IMG/VR virus record: IMGVR_UViG_3300009983_000001
Location: 1-52,756 of that record
DNA length: 52,756 bases
Strand: one strand, 5' to 3'
From: a virus
Shown here: in pieces, positions 44,654 to 51,427 of the stretch
Position numbering within the stretch: position 1 is the first letter of the stretch
Layout: every line of letters starts with the position of its first letter
The notes under the pieces: generated by a model
Database searches by the model: none
Told to the model about the DNA's origin: nothing
Seen by the model: the letters and a program-made list of their open reading frames with translations, nothing else
Position numbers and translations under genes: made by a program

Positions 44654-45118
44654 TTAAAACCCTACTCGTAAGCCGAGTTGATAGTTGCTGTGTACGGTAT
44701 AGAGGGTTCCGCCGATGGTAACCGCTTGCCAAGTGCGGCAAACCCATCGTGGCGCATGCTCGTCTAAGTAGTTCGTCATTAATGCGTGGCCATAAGCATC
44801 TACAAAGTACCACACGAACACTTTGCCGGCTGAGGGATGTTCACCTAACAACCAAGCGGATTGAACCTCCTTAAGATCGGGTCGATTGGTCATCTGTAAT
44901 GTTTGTGCCCCATCGATAGCGTGCAGCACTTGATAGGTTGTTTCAAGTTTGCGATTTTCCGGCGTCCATTGGCGCTCGAATTGAACGCATCCTGACAAAC
45001 TCGCCATGACTACGATGACCAAAGTGATTGCAACCGCAGCCGTAACAGTACGTACGCCAAACATCGCGCACAAGATAATCACCACGATACCAATGCCGCA
45101 AATGTCGTTGATGTTCAT
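44654..45118 (-). CDS. Membrane protein with lipobox-like LSGC
   Basis: 154 aa. N-terminal hydrophobic stretches ending VVMASLSGC. ATGA-coupled. Confidence 0.55.
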   Translation of the reverse strand: MNINDICGIGIVVIILCAMFGVRTVTAAVAITLVIVVMASLSGCVQFERQWTPENRKLETTYQVLHAIDGAQTLQMTNRPDLKEVQSAWLLGEHPSAGKVFVWYFVDAYGHALMTNYLDEHAPRWVCRTWQAVTIGGTLYTVHSNYQLGLRVGF

Positions 45119-45465
45119 GGTTTAACCTCTTCTCGGCACGTGGGGCGCATCGCACCTATTGCACGCCAGAAGACGCGGGCGGCTTCGTCGGCATCGCCGC
45201 GTACATCCACTTTACCGTTCGCGTGGATGATTGCGAGCGGACCGCCTTTGCCGTCACCGTGGATAATTATATCTTGGGATGTTTTAAGTTCTAATAAAGC
45301 ATGACTCGGCGGCGTGTTCCATGTTATGACGGGTTCGTCAGTCGCAACCCTCATTGTGCTCTGTATCGCCGCCGTTACGTCTGCGTGCGCCGCAGGCAAG
45401 TACCGCAACCCTACGAGAATCATCGCAGCGATCACGACAACGGCTAGTAAGTCTTTATCGTTCAT
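45115..45465 (-). CDS. Secreted or membrane-anchored hypothetical protein
   Basis: 116 aa. N-terminal LLAVVVIAAMILVGLRYLPAAHA is signal/anchor-like. Confidence 0.55.
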   Translation of the reverse strand: MNDKDLLAVVVIAAMILVGLRYLPAAHADVTAAIQSTMRVATDEPVITWNTPPSHALLELKTSQDIIIHGDGKGGPLAIIHANGKVDVRGDADEAARVFWRAIGAMRPTCREEVKP

Positions 45466-45638
45466 AGTTTCCTCTTGTATTTCAAGCGCTCGGCACGCTG
45501 GCCGGCTTCATAGCCTGCCCAGTACGCGAGTTTTACTCGGTCGCGTGCGCCTTGTTCGGTTAGTGCTGTGACAGGCAACAAAAACTTGCTGTCATAACGC
45601 TCGGCCTTCTGCCGAATCGTTTGACGTTTGCGCTTCAT
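45462..45638 (-). CDS. Small basic protein (58 aa, below the ORF-track cutoff)
   Basis: Hand translation gives MKRKRQTIRQKAERYDSKFLLPVTALTEQGARDRVKLAYWAGYEAGQRAERLKYKRKL. ATGA overlaps at both ends. Confidence 0.4.
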   Translation of the reverse strand: MKRKRQTIRQKAERYDSKFLLPVTALTEQGARDRVKLAYWAGYEAGQRAERLKYKRKL

Positions 45639-45790
45639 AGATACCTCATGATTATCAACAAACCCAATACTGTAAAAAGGGCTATCGCAATCAAAACCCC
45701 GTCAGGGTTGTTATTCTTAACACTGTGATTGCAAAGCAAGCAAGCCGCAGTAAAAAGAACCCCATAGAAGAAGTGCGCTAGATGGATCAT
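45635..45790 (-). CDS. Tiny membrane protein (51 aa)
   Basis: Hand translation gives MIHLAHFFYGVLFTAACLLCNHSVKNNNPDGVLIAIALFTVLGLLIIMRYL. ATGA overlaps at both ends. Confidence 0.4.
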   Translation of the reverse strand: MIHLAHFFYGVLFTAACLLCNHSVKNNNPDGVLIAIALFTVLGLLIIMRYL

Positions 45791-45885
45791 GCGAACAACT
45801 TGCCGTCGCTACGGACGTCATCGACAAGGATCGCTACGACAGCAAAAACAGTAGCGATGGCAACAAAAGTAAGGACGGTAATCAT
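45787..45885 (-). CDS. Tiny membrane protein (32 aa)
   Basis: Hand translation gives MITVLTFVAIATVFAVVAILVDDVRSDGKLFA. GGAG lies 9 nt upstream of the ATG. Confidence 0.35.
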   Translation of the reverse strand: MITVLTFVAIATVFAVVAILVDDVRSDGKLFA

Positions 45886-45924
45886 GGCTAGGTACTCCGG
45901 GGCAGTGGTTACAATGTGGCTGTA

Positions 45925-46215
45925 CTATGCGCCTGACGAGTCCGTCAGTAAAGCCGATTGCGTCACAATTTTCGCAGGTGCTGGTTTGTCAAAATGCACC
46001 TTGTCATTAACGCGCCGGCCGTAATGCGAGACGAGAATGTCGTCTACTTCGCAAGTCGGGTCGGCCATAAGCTGCGCCACGACTTCAAAGGCTTCCTCTT
46101 GCGTGTTCGCAGTATGGACGGTATGCCACTTCGACCAATGAAACCAATCGCGGCGCAGGCCACGGTTGCAGATTTTATACCGTGTTCGCACGATAAACGA
46201 CGGGCGCTTACTCAC
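45925..46215 (-). CDS. Hypothetical protein
   Basis: GTG at 46215 overlaps the upstream TGA (GTGA); 96 aa. Confidence 0.45.
   Translation of the reverse strand: MSKRPSFIVRTRYKICNRGLRRDWFHWSKWHTVHTANTQEEAFEVVAQLMADPTCEVDDILVSHYGRRVNDKVHFDKPAPAKIVTQSALLTDSSGA
45933..45948. promoter_or_regulatory. Perfect palindrome CTGACGAGTCCGTCAG
   Basis: Exact match, 48 nt upstream of the 45885 start. Overlaps the 3' end of 45925-46215. Confidence 0.6.
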
Positions 46216-46775
46216 CACGGCACCGGACCTTTGAACTCGGGCCACGCGGACACGTCGCCCTCGCGCCATTCCCGCAGGAACGATTCGCCAGCGCCGCAAC
46301 CTGACGTGCCCGCGACTTCTATTGCGAAATCAATCGCGGCCATGAATTGCCGGCGCTGCAACTCTGTCAATTGGCGTTGTAGTTCCAACATTACCTCCGG
46401 GTTGGGCGGCAACGTGGGCGGACTCACAGCCTCTTGTTGAATCGTTGTGCGCACTGCACAACCCGACAGCACTTGCGGCTCTCGTGCTGCATCTCGGCGC
46501 GTGATGCGTTCAAGCTCGGCCACAATCAACGCCCCAGCGCGTACAAGGTCGCGGTGTGCGCCTTTGGGTTTAAAACTGCTGTTTACCCACGGCCATGCGA
46601 GGGTTGAGAATGCGTAGCTATCGGCGGCAGTTAAGGCATAACACGCCGCTGCGCGTGCAAGCTCGCCATGCCGGTAGGTGTCGTCGTGCTGTATGGTCCA
46701 GCCTTCAACCTTGAGCTGCCTGTCGCGTTCGTCAGCTATCGCGACGATTGCGTTTAACGTGTCGTTGTTGATCAT
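46212..46775 (-). CDS. Conserved phage protein (ERDRQ..EGW..HDD motif family)
   Basis: 187 aa. The N-terminal motif ADERDRQLKVEGWTIQHDDTYRHGELARAAACYA recurs in many phage genomes by my recollection. Confidence 0.6.
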   Translation of the reverse strand: MINNDTLNAIVAIADERDRQLKVEGWTIQHDDTYRHGELARAAACYALTAADSYAFSTLAWPWVNSSFKPKGAHRDLVRAGALIVAELERITRRDAAREPQVLSGCAVRTTIQQEAVSPPTLPPNPEVMLELQRQLTELQRRQFMAAIDFAIEVAGTSGCGAGESFLREWREGDVSAWPEFKGPVPW

Positions 46776-46960
46776 TTAGTTTCCTCGTGTGTGATATCGC
46801 ATTTTTCATTTTCAATAAGATGACCTTGGCAGTACGACGCGTGACAGAAAAACAACCTGTCATCGTCAGCGTATAAATCGCGCCCATAATGGCGTGGTGC
46901 ATGCGGGTCGTCAGGAGTTAAGCCTTCAATCTCGGCTTCCAAAGATTCAAAATTTCGCAT
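46772..46960 (-). CDS. Hypothetical protein
   Basis: Internal ATG at 46960; 62 aa. ATGA-coupled downstream. Confidence 0.4.
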   Translation of the reverse strand: MRNFESLEAEIEGLTPDDPHAPRHYGRDLYADDDRLFFCHASYCQGHLIENEKCDITHEETK

Positions 46961-47186
46961 AACCCCTCGCACAATAGAAGTCGACACCGTTGCCGCTCGA
47001 AACACACTCGCCGGCAATCAATGCTTTGCTGATGGTTTCGGCGGGGGAACCGGCGCACATAGCGTGCGTGACGCTTGGTAGCTTCACCATCTCTGTGCGC
47101 ATCGTGCCGCACGCTTCAGGCAACACCGGGATCACGGTCATGGTGTTCGCGGTACCAATGTGAAACCAGATTATTAAAGCGTACAT
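46947..47186 (-). CDS. Hypothetical protein
   Basis: 79-aa ORF, more protein-like than the overlapping Arg-rich frame 46918-47112. Confidence 0.4.
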   Translation of the reverse strand: MYALIIWFHIGTANTMTVIPVLPEACGTMRTEMVKLPSVTHAMCAGSPAETISKALIAGECVSSGNGVDFYCARGYAKF

Positions 47187-47365
47187 AATTTGTGCTCGGG
47201 GGTGATGATTCGGAGATTACGCGGTAAACCTGCCATTAACGTTTCGGGCTCGTCTGTGTAGGCAAGGACCTTACCGTTGTAAACGCACGCCCACACTTTC
47301 ATGTTAGGGCTGTCATGGCGGCGGCGCGGCTTAATGGGTACAAAAGTTATTTCTGCGGTGTTCAT
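47174..47365 (-). CDS. Hypothetical protein, first gene after an operator
   Basis: ATG at 47365. TACAGT (-10-like) ends 7 nt upstream, so the mRNA may be leaderless. Confidence 0.45.
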   Translation of the reverse strand: MNTAEITFVPIKPRRRHDSPNMKVWACVYNGKVLAYTDEPETLMAGLPRNLRIITPEHKLCTL

Positions 47366-47378
47366 GGGTTGCACTGTA

Positions 47379-47394
47379 CTGACGAGGTGGTCAG
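47379..47394. promoter_or_regulatory. Near-perfect palindrome CTGACGAGGTGGTCAG
   Basis: 15/16 match, intergenic, directly upstream of 47174-47365. Confidence 0.55.
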
Positions 47395-47423
47395 TTGTCC
47401 GTGTGGTGTGTCACAGTTTAACA

Positions 47424-47448
47424 CACGGGGCGTTCGTCTCGCCCCGTG
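47424..47448 (-). terminator. GC-rich hairpin between two leftward gene blocks
   Basis: cacggggcg-ttcgtct-cgccccgtg (9-bp stem), 21 nt after the stop of 47469-47945. The T-tract is weak. Confidence 0.4.
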
Positions 47449-47468
47449 CGACACTGTAACAAGAGCAA

Positions 47469-47945
47469 TTAGTCGTTGTCTGTTGTGGCACCTCCCTGTT
47501 TTTCTGCTACATACCAATCGCGTCGAGCAATGGCGGCTTCTACCGATTCAAGTTTACAGCTCTCTTCTTCACACGCCATAAATTCGGCTTTACCGAAGCC
47601 ACATTTGGCGCAGTAGTACGGTTCGCCGTTGGCATATTCTGGTAGCTTGACATTGGCCGCAACGATAAGACTCTCGCTGCGTTGCTTAATCTGCGCTTTG
47701 AGTTTGTCGGCCAGCGCTGCAGCCTGCTTTGTTTTCTTGCGTTGCACGATTGCAAGGTTAGCCACGCGCTTTAGATGGCCGGCCAACGCCAACGCTTGGT
47801 CGGGCTCAAGCGCGACATACCGCAGGTCTTTTTGCCAGTCGATAAGAACCTGTAGCAATTGGCTGACGCCGACTTGGTAGCTATAGCTCGGGGTGTCGGG
47901 CGGCAATACTGCCGGTGTCGTCGGTGTGGTGTTCGTGTTGCTCAT
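47469..47945 (-). CDS. Hypothetical protein
   Basis: 158 aa, with C-terminal YYCAKCGFGKAEFMACEEESC. Confidence 0.55.
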   Translation of the reverse strand: MSNTNTTPTTPAVLPPDTPSYSYQVGVSQLLQVLIDWQKDLRYVALEPDQALALAGHLKRVANLAIVQRKKTKQAAALADKLKAQIKQRSESLIVAANVKLPEYANGEPYYCAKCGFGKAEFMACEEESCKLESVEAAIARRDWYVAEKQGGATTDND

Positions 47946-48157
47946 AACAGTTTTACTCTTTTCGATGTTGATAGGGCTTGCATGCGGTGTTGCGATGAAA
48001 TTGCAAACGCTTCTGCCGCTTCATAAACGCGTTTACGAAATAAAAAATCAGGTTCTAACCCAAACCATCGCCGACGCACCCCATAGAGACAGGCAATACG
48101 GGTTAAGGCTTCTCCGTGAGCTTGAATACCTATTCTGTTCGCGCGTGTCCGTCTCAT
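47942..48157 (-). CDS. Hypothetical basic protein
   Basis: 71 aa, ATGA overlaps at both ends. Confidence 0.45.
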   Translation of the reverse strand: MRRTRANRIGIQAHGEALTRIACLYGVRRRWFGLEPDFLFRKRVYEAAEAFAISSQHRMQALSTSKRVKLL

Positions 48158-48960
48158 AGTAAACCAGCCTTTTTCAGTTGTTCAATCAGCGGAGATTTAG
48201 GGCGTTTGATGTGGCGTAGCGGTTCCCAATAGGTTTTAGCTTCGCGCGCTTCGTGAGTAATGATACCGGTGCGGCTGCGACGCTCAAAGCGCTGCGGTCG
48301 TGTTATGCGCGCGTGGGGACACATGATCGTTTCGGAGCCCTGACGGAAACCGCGCGTTGTATACTTGCGGTCCTCGATCGCTTCAATAACTGCATCGAAA
48401 CCAGACTTGCCGCCGATGCGCACTACGTCGCCTTGTTGCCAGTCACGCGCCTCTAAATCTTCAGCACGATAGGCGGGCACTTGCTTGTCGTAAATCTTCG
48501 CAGCCCACTCTTGTAGTTGTTGCTTGTGTAGTAGCGCGTGGCGCGCGGTGCTGTCTGCTTTAAAGATCGCCAGCGCAACCGCGCGTTGCTGGTATTGCTC
48601 GGCTGCTTCTGCAAATGGCACGAGCCTCTGTTCGCCGCGTGACATACGTGTGACGCCGTTGCGTGTGACTGGCATCTCTGTGTAGGTGCCGTCCCATGCT
48701 TCGGCAGGCTTGAGAGTACCGGCTTTCAACGCTTCAACCTCGGCCGCTGCCGCTTGGGCACGCTCTAAATACATCAATATTATGCGGTCAGTGTTTTCGC
48801 GCGCCACATGCAGCGACAAATCGTTCGAACCGGGGCAGGTGCCTGAGAAATACCCGTACTGGACGTTGTAGCCGTGCTTAGCCACAAGGCCAGTCACCAT
48901 GTCAATAGCTTGGATGCGCAGGCAAACCTGACAATGACCTCGGTGTGTATGCTTACTCAT
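48154..48960 (-). CDS. Hypothetical protein
   Basis: 268 aa. N-terminal HRGHCQVC...GTCPG may be a zinc site. Confidence 0.6.
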   Translation of the reverse strand: MSKHTHRGHCQVCLRIQAIDMVTGLVAKHGYNVQYGYFSGTCPGSNDLSLHVARENTDRIILMYLERAQAAAAEVEALKAGTLKPAEAWDGTYTEMPVTRNGVTRMSRGEQRLVPFAEAAEQYQQRAVALAIFKADSTARHALLHKQQLQEWAAKIYDKQVPAYRAEDLEARDWQQGDVVRIGGKSGFDAVIEAIEDRKYTTRGFRQGSETIMCPHARITRPQRFERRSRTGIITHEAREAKTYWEPLRHIKRPKSPLIEQLKKAGLL

Positions 48961-49121
48961 TACGGAACCTCAACTGTATTGTGCATCGCCTTAAGTGAGG
49001 CGGCTTGCTGCTCAGTAAGCATAAATATTGTGCCTACATCGTCAAGCGCATCTTGTACGGGCAAGCCTTCGGCGATCAGCTCGCGCAATAATTCAACTGC
49101 GGTTTGCAGCATATCCATCAT
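48960..49121 (-). CDS. Small acidic protein (53 aa, below the ORF-track cutoff)
   Basis: Hand translation gives MMDMLQTAVELLRELIAEGLPVQDALDDVGTIFMLTEQQAASLKAMHNTVEVP. Overlaps both neighbours. Confidence 0.4.
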   Translation of the reverse strand: MMDMLQTAVELLRELIAEGLPVQDALDDVGTIFMLTEQQAASLKAMHNTVEVP

Positions 49122-49456
49122 GCGTGCCCCGCTGTGTTGACGTAGGTTGAACTGGCCAGCGCAATGCGGCCGGCCTCTTCGTACTGCTCCCGCGTCATGC
49201 TTCGAGGGGCGCGGCCCTCTTTAGCAGCAACCCAACGGCCGATAACGCGTAAACAGTTAGTGATTTCCATATCTCGGTCGGCGATGTCTTGCGCGAAGCG
49301 GGCAGGAATCACCAGCGAGTTAAGCTCGGCGATTTTGGCTTCGAGAATGGTTGCGACAGGCTGGGCGATGAACTCTTCATGGATACCGGAGAAGTCGTTG
49401 CGCACCCAAGCGGCGCGGCGGATTACGGTGCGGATTTCGTTAATGGTCATCTTCAT
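49118..49456 (-). CDS. Hypothetical protein
   Basis: 112 aa, first gene after promoter block copy 2. Confidence 0.55.
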   Translation of the reverse strand: MKMTINEIRTVIRRAAWVRNDFSGIHEEFIAQPVATILEAKIAELNSLVIPARFAQDIADRDMEITNCLRVIGRWVAAKEGRAPRSMTREQYEEAGRIALASSTYVNTAGHA

Positions 49457-49472
49457 GTTGCGGCCCTCGTTG

Positions 49473-49513
49473 CGTTTCAGTGTGGAGCTATCTTAACTGA
49501 CGAGGTCGTCAGT
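49473..49513 (-). promoter_or_regulatory. Conserved promoter/leader block with perfect palindrome (copy 2; palindrome at 49497-49512)
   Basis: cgtttcagtgtggagctatcttaaCTGACGAGGTCGTCAGt. On the minus strand, TTTACA and TAAGAT flank the palindrome with 17-nt spacing. Confidence 0.6.
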
Positions 49514-49733
49514 GTAAAGTGACTTGTGTCACATCTGTACGCTTCCCAATCTCTATAAGGTTGCCGTAATCGTCGGTCACCCAACTCGCGTGCGGACATC
49601 TAAATACGTTGCCGCGCCACACCTGCAACAACGGCATCCATGCGAATTTATACCAAACAAGAGGGAACCCTACTACATAATCGAGGATGTACAAACGCTT
49701 TCCGACAAAAAAATTAACTGTGAAAATACTCAT
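49509..49733 (-). CDS. Hypothetical hydrophobic/aromatic protein (low-GC early gene)
   Basis: 74-aa ORF in a patch where I counted 22/60 G+C (49681-49740). Confidence 0.45.
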   Translation of the reverse strand: MSIFTVNFFVGKRLYILDYVVGFPLVWYKFAWMPLLQVWRGNVFRCPHASWVTDDYGNLIEIGKRTDVTQVTLH

Positions 49734-49736
49734 GGC

Positions 49737-49967
49737 TTACTTCCTCTTAACTACATAGATGTAGAACATACCATCGAAATAAGCCATGTTCGATAGCTTA
49801 TAACCGGCAGCTTTCAACAACACGGTTGCTTGTGTGATCACTTCAAGTTCATTAGAAGCAACACGTACATCCGTGAATAAAACAACAGCCTCTATAACAA
49901 CGGGCATTCCTTCAAGTATCTTACGGACCGCGCGGATGCGGTGTGATGACGGCATAGGAGTGTTCAT
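49737..49967 (-). CDS. Hypothetical protein (first leftward early gene)
   Basis: 76 aa, directly downstream of promoter block copy 3. Confidence 0.5.
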   Translation of the reverse strand: MNTPMPSSHRIRAVRKILEGMPVVIEAVVLFTDVRVASNELEVITQATVLLKAAGYKLSNMAYFDGMFYIYVVKRK

Positions 49968-49981
49968 GGTGTCGGCCTCTT

Positions 49982-50021
49982 CGTTCAGTGTGGAGCAATC
50001 TTAACTGACGACCTCGTCAGT
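49982..50021 (-). promoter_or_regulatory. Conserved promoter/leader block with perfect palindrome (copy 3; palindrome at 50005-50020)
   Basis: cgttcagtgtggagcaatcttaaCTGACGACCTCGTCAGt. On the minus strand, TATACA and TAAGAT flank the palindrome. Confidence 0.6.
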
Positions 50022-50129
50022 GTATAGGGCTTGCGTCACATTCCTGCGGGAACTTTGTAATACGAATGACTACACTAAATTGAGAACTGTCCGACATACG
50101 GCAAACCCTTAATGTATTAGCTTCTCCCC

Positions 50130-50168
50130 CTGACGAGGTCGTCAGTACGTCACTGACGGGGCCGTCAG
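50130..50168. promoter_or_regulatory. Tandem pair of perfect palindromes (50130-50145 and 50153-50168) upstream of 50195-50845
   Basis: CTGACGAGGTCGTCAG tacgtca CTGACGGGGCCGTCAG, with a centre-to-centre distance of 23 nt. Ends 27 nt before the ATG. Confidence 0.65.
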
Positions 50169-50194
50169 TTTATCAACATTTAGGAGTAATTGAA

Positions 50195-50845
50195 ATGAGC
50201 TTAATCGATAGTATTGCAAAGGCTGCGTTTGTTGCCACACCTGCACAGGTAGAACAACTCGCATCACAACAACACACTAACGCAGACCTTGCCAACCTAG
50301 CGGGAGGTACTTATCTGCGTGTGTTAATCGCTAACACCATCTATGCAGTCGGCAGGAAGTCACGCAAACATCCCACTATTACCGTGCTCGATGCGCTCGA
50401 CAAGGTACACGAGGAACTCTATGCAGCGGTGCAACGCGGCGTCACCACGATGGATATGCGCAGCTTAGATGAAGCCGCCCATGCTAAGGAGCTGAGCCGA
50501 CGGTGTACGTTCGCACGCACTGCCAAATCAACGGTGCGTACTTACGTGCGCCAAGGCGGCGATTTGTGGAAACTGGATATAAGCGAGGTGTCAAAGCAAT
50601 TCCTGTACAACGCGTTTCGACCGCCGGAGCCTGAAGATAAAGTCGAACGCTTGGTATTGCGCGCTGAAAGCCGTTTGTTTAAAGGCTTGCGCCGCGAGAT
50701 GACACGTAACGCACAGTGGGCTGAAGAACACATCGGAACGTTAATGGATGAACTATCCGGCATGTTGCGCGAGCTTACGAAGCCGAAGCCTGTTCGTGTG
50801 GTAAAACACAACTTGCAACGTAGTGTTGTCGAGCATCACGCTTGA
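50195..50845 (+). CDS. Hypothetical protein, the only rightward gene of the early region
   Basis: 216 aa with RBS taggag. I recognised no motif. Confidence 0.6.
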   Translation: MSLIDSIAKAAFVATPAQVEQLASQQHTNADLANLAGGTYLRVLIANTIYAVGRKSRKHPTITVLDALDKVHEELYAAVQRGVTTMDMRSLDEAAHAKELSRRCTFARTAKSTVRTYVRQGGDLWKLDISEVSKQFLYNAFRPPEPEDKVERLVLRAESRLFKGLRREMTRNAQWAEEHIGTLMDELSGMLRELTKPKPVRVVKHNLQRSVVEHHA

Positions 50846-50861
50846 TGCTGGCAAAAAAAAA

Positions 50862-50885
50862 AACGCCCCTTGCGAGAGGGGCGTT
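50862..50885 (-). terminator. Rho-independent terminator for leftward transcription
   Basis: Stem aacgcccct/aggggcgtt with loop tgcgag. On the minus strand it is followed by an 11-nt U-run (A-run 50853-50863 on +). Confidence 0.7.
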
Positions 50886-50909
50886 ACCGGAGGGGGATTT
50901 GCCGGGAAA

Positions 50910-51350
50910 CTATTTCTTTGACTTGGTCGGCTTACTGTCGACCTTGTCAGGGATACCATTCACAAGCACCTCGCCGTTTTGAATGATAGCGCCGGGGCTG
51001 GGTGTCGCAACTTCAATCGGTGTATGTTTGTCGTTTGTGTTGCCTTCAACCTGCATAGGCGTTTGGCCTTCGCCTGCGGACAACTTACCGTCTACGCCTT
51101 CCGCGAACACTTGCGCCGGGCCTTCGCTACTGTTCAATAGATTGGCCGCGCCTTTGACTTCATCTGTGAAGCTGTCGGCGGCAACAACCAAAGTCAACAC
51201 GGTGCGTTCGGCTTCGCGCGCTGCATCATGTAATTCATCCATGGCCGCCGACAGCTTCACGTACGCTTGTTGGCCTAAGTTGGTGGGGCGCACATATCGC
51301 TCAATCAATCGCAGCAGTTCGGCGCGTGCTGCCTGTATCCGTTCGCTCAT
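50910..51350 (-). CDS. Hypothetical protein
   Basis: 146-aa ORF upstream of the terminator. Confidence 0.55.
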   Translation of the reverse strand: MSERIQAARAELLRLIERYVRPTNLGQQAYVKLSAAMDELHDAAREAERTVLTLVVAADSFTDEVKGAANLLNSSEGPAQVFAEGVDGKLSAGEGQTPMQVEGNTNDKHTPIEVATPSPGAIIQNGEVLVNGIPDKVDSKPTKSKK

Positions 51351-51399
51351 GGTGTAACCTCGTGGGGGTGGGAATTAAAAGCCGTGCCAGCGTATCACA

Positions 51400-51415
51400 C
51401 TGACGCGCTCGTCGG
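51400..51415. promoter_or_regulatory. Degenerate palindrome CTGACGCGCTCGTCGG
   Basis: 15/16 match in the intergenic gap between 51428-52057 and 50910-51350. Confidence 0.35.
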
Positions 51416-51427
51416 GTTGTCAGAGAA

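Noticed and set aside
45462-45638. Second Rmf-like protein (starts MKRKRQ and contains AGYEAGQRAE)
   Set aside because: It lacks the CPY...W..GW core of Rmf, and the resemblance is limited to a basic N-terminus and one short peptide. I annotated it only as a small basic protein.
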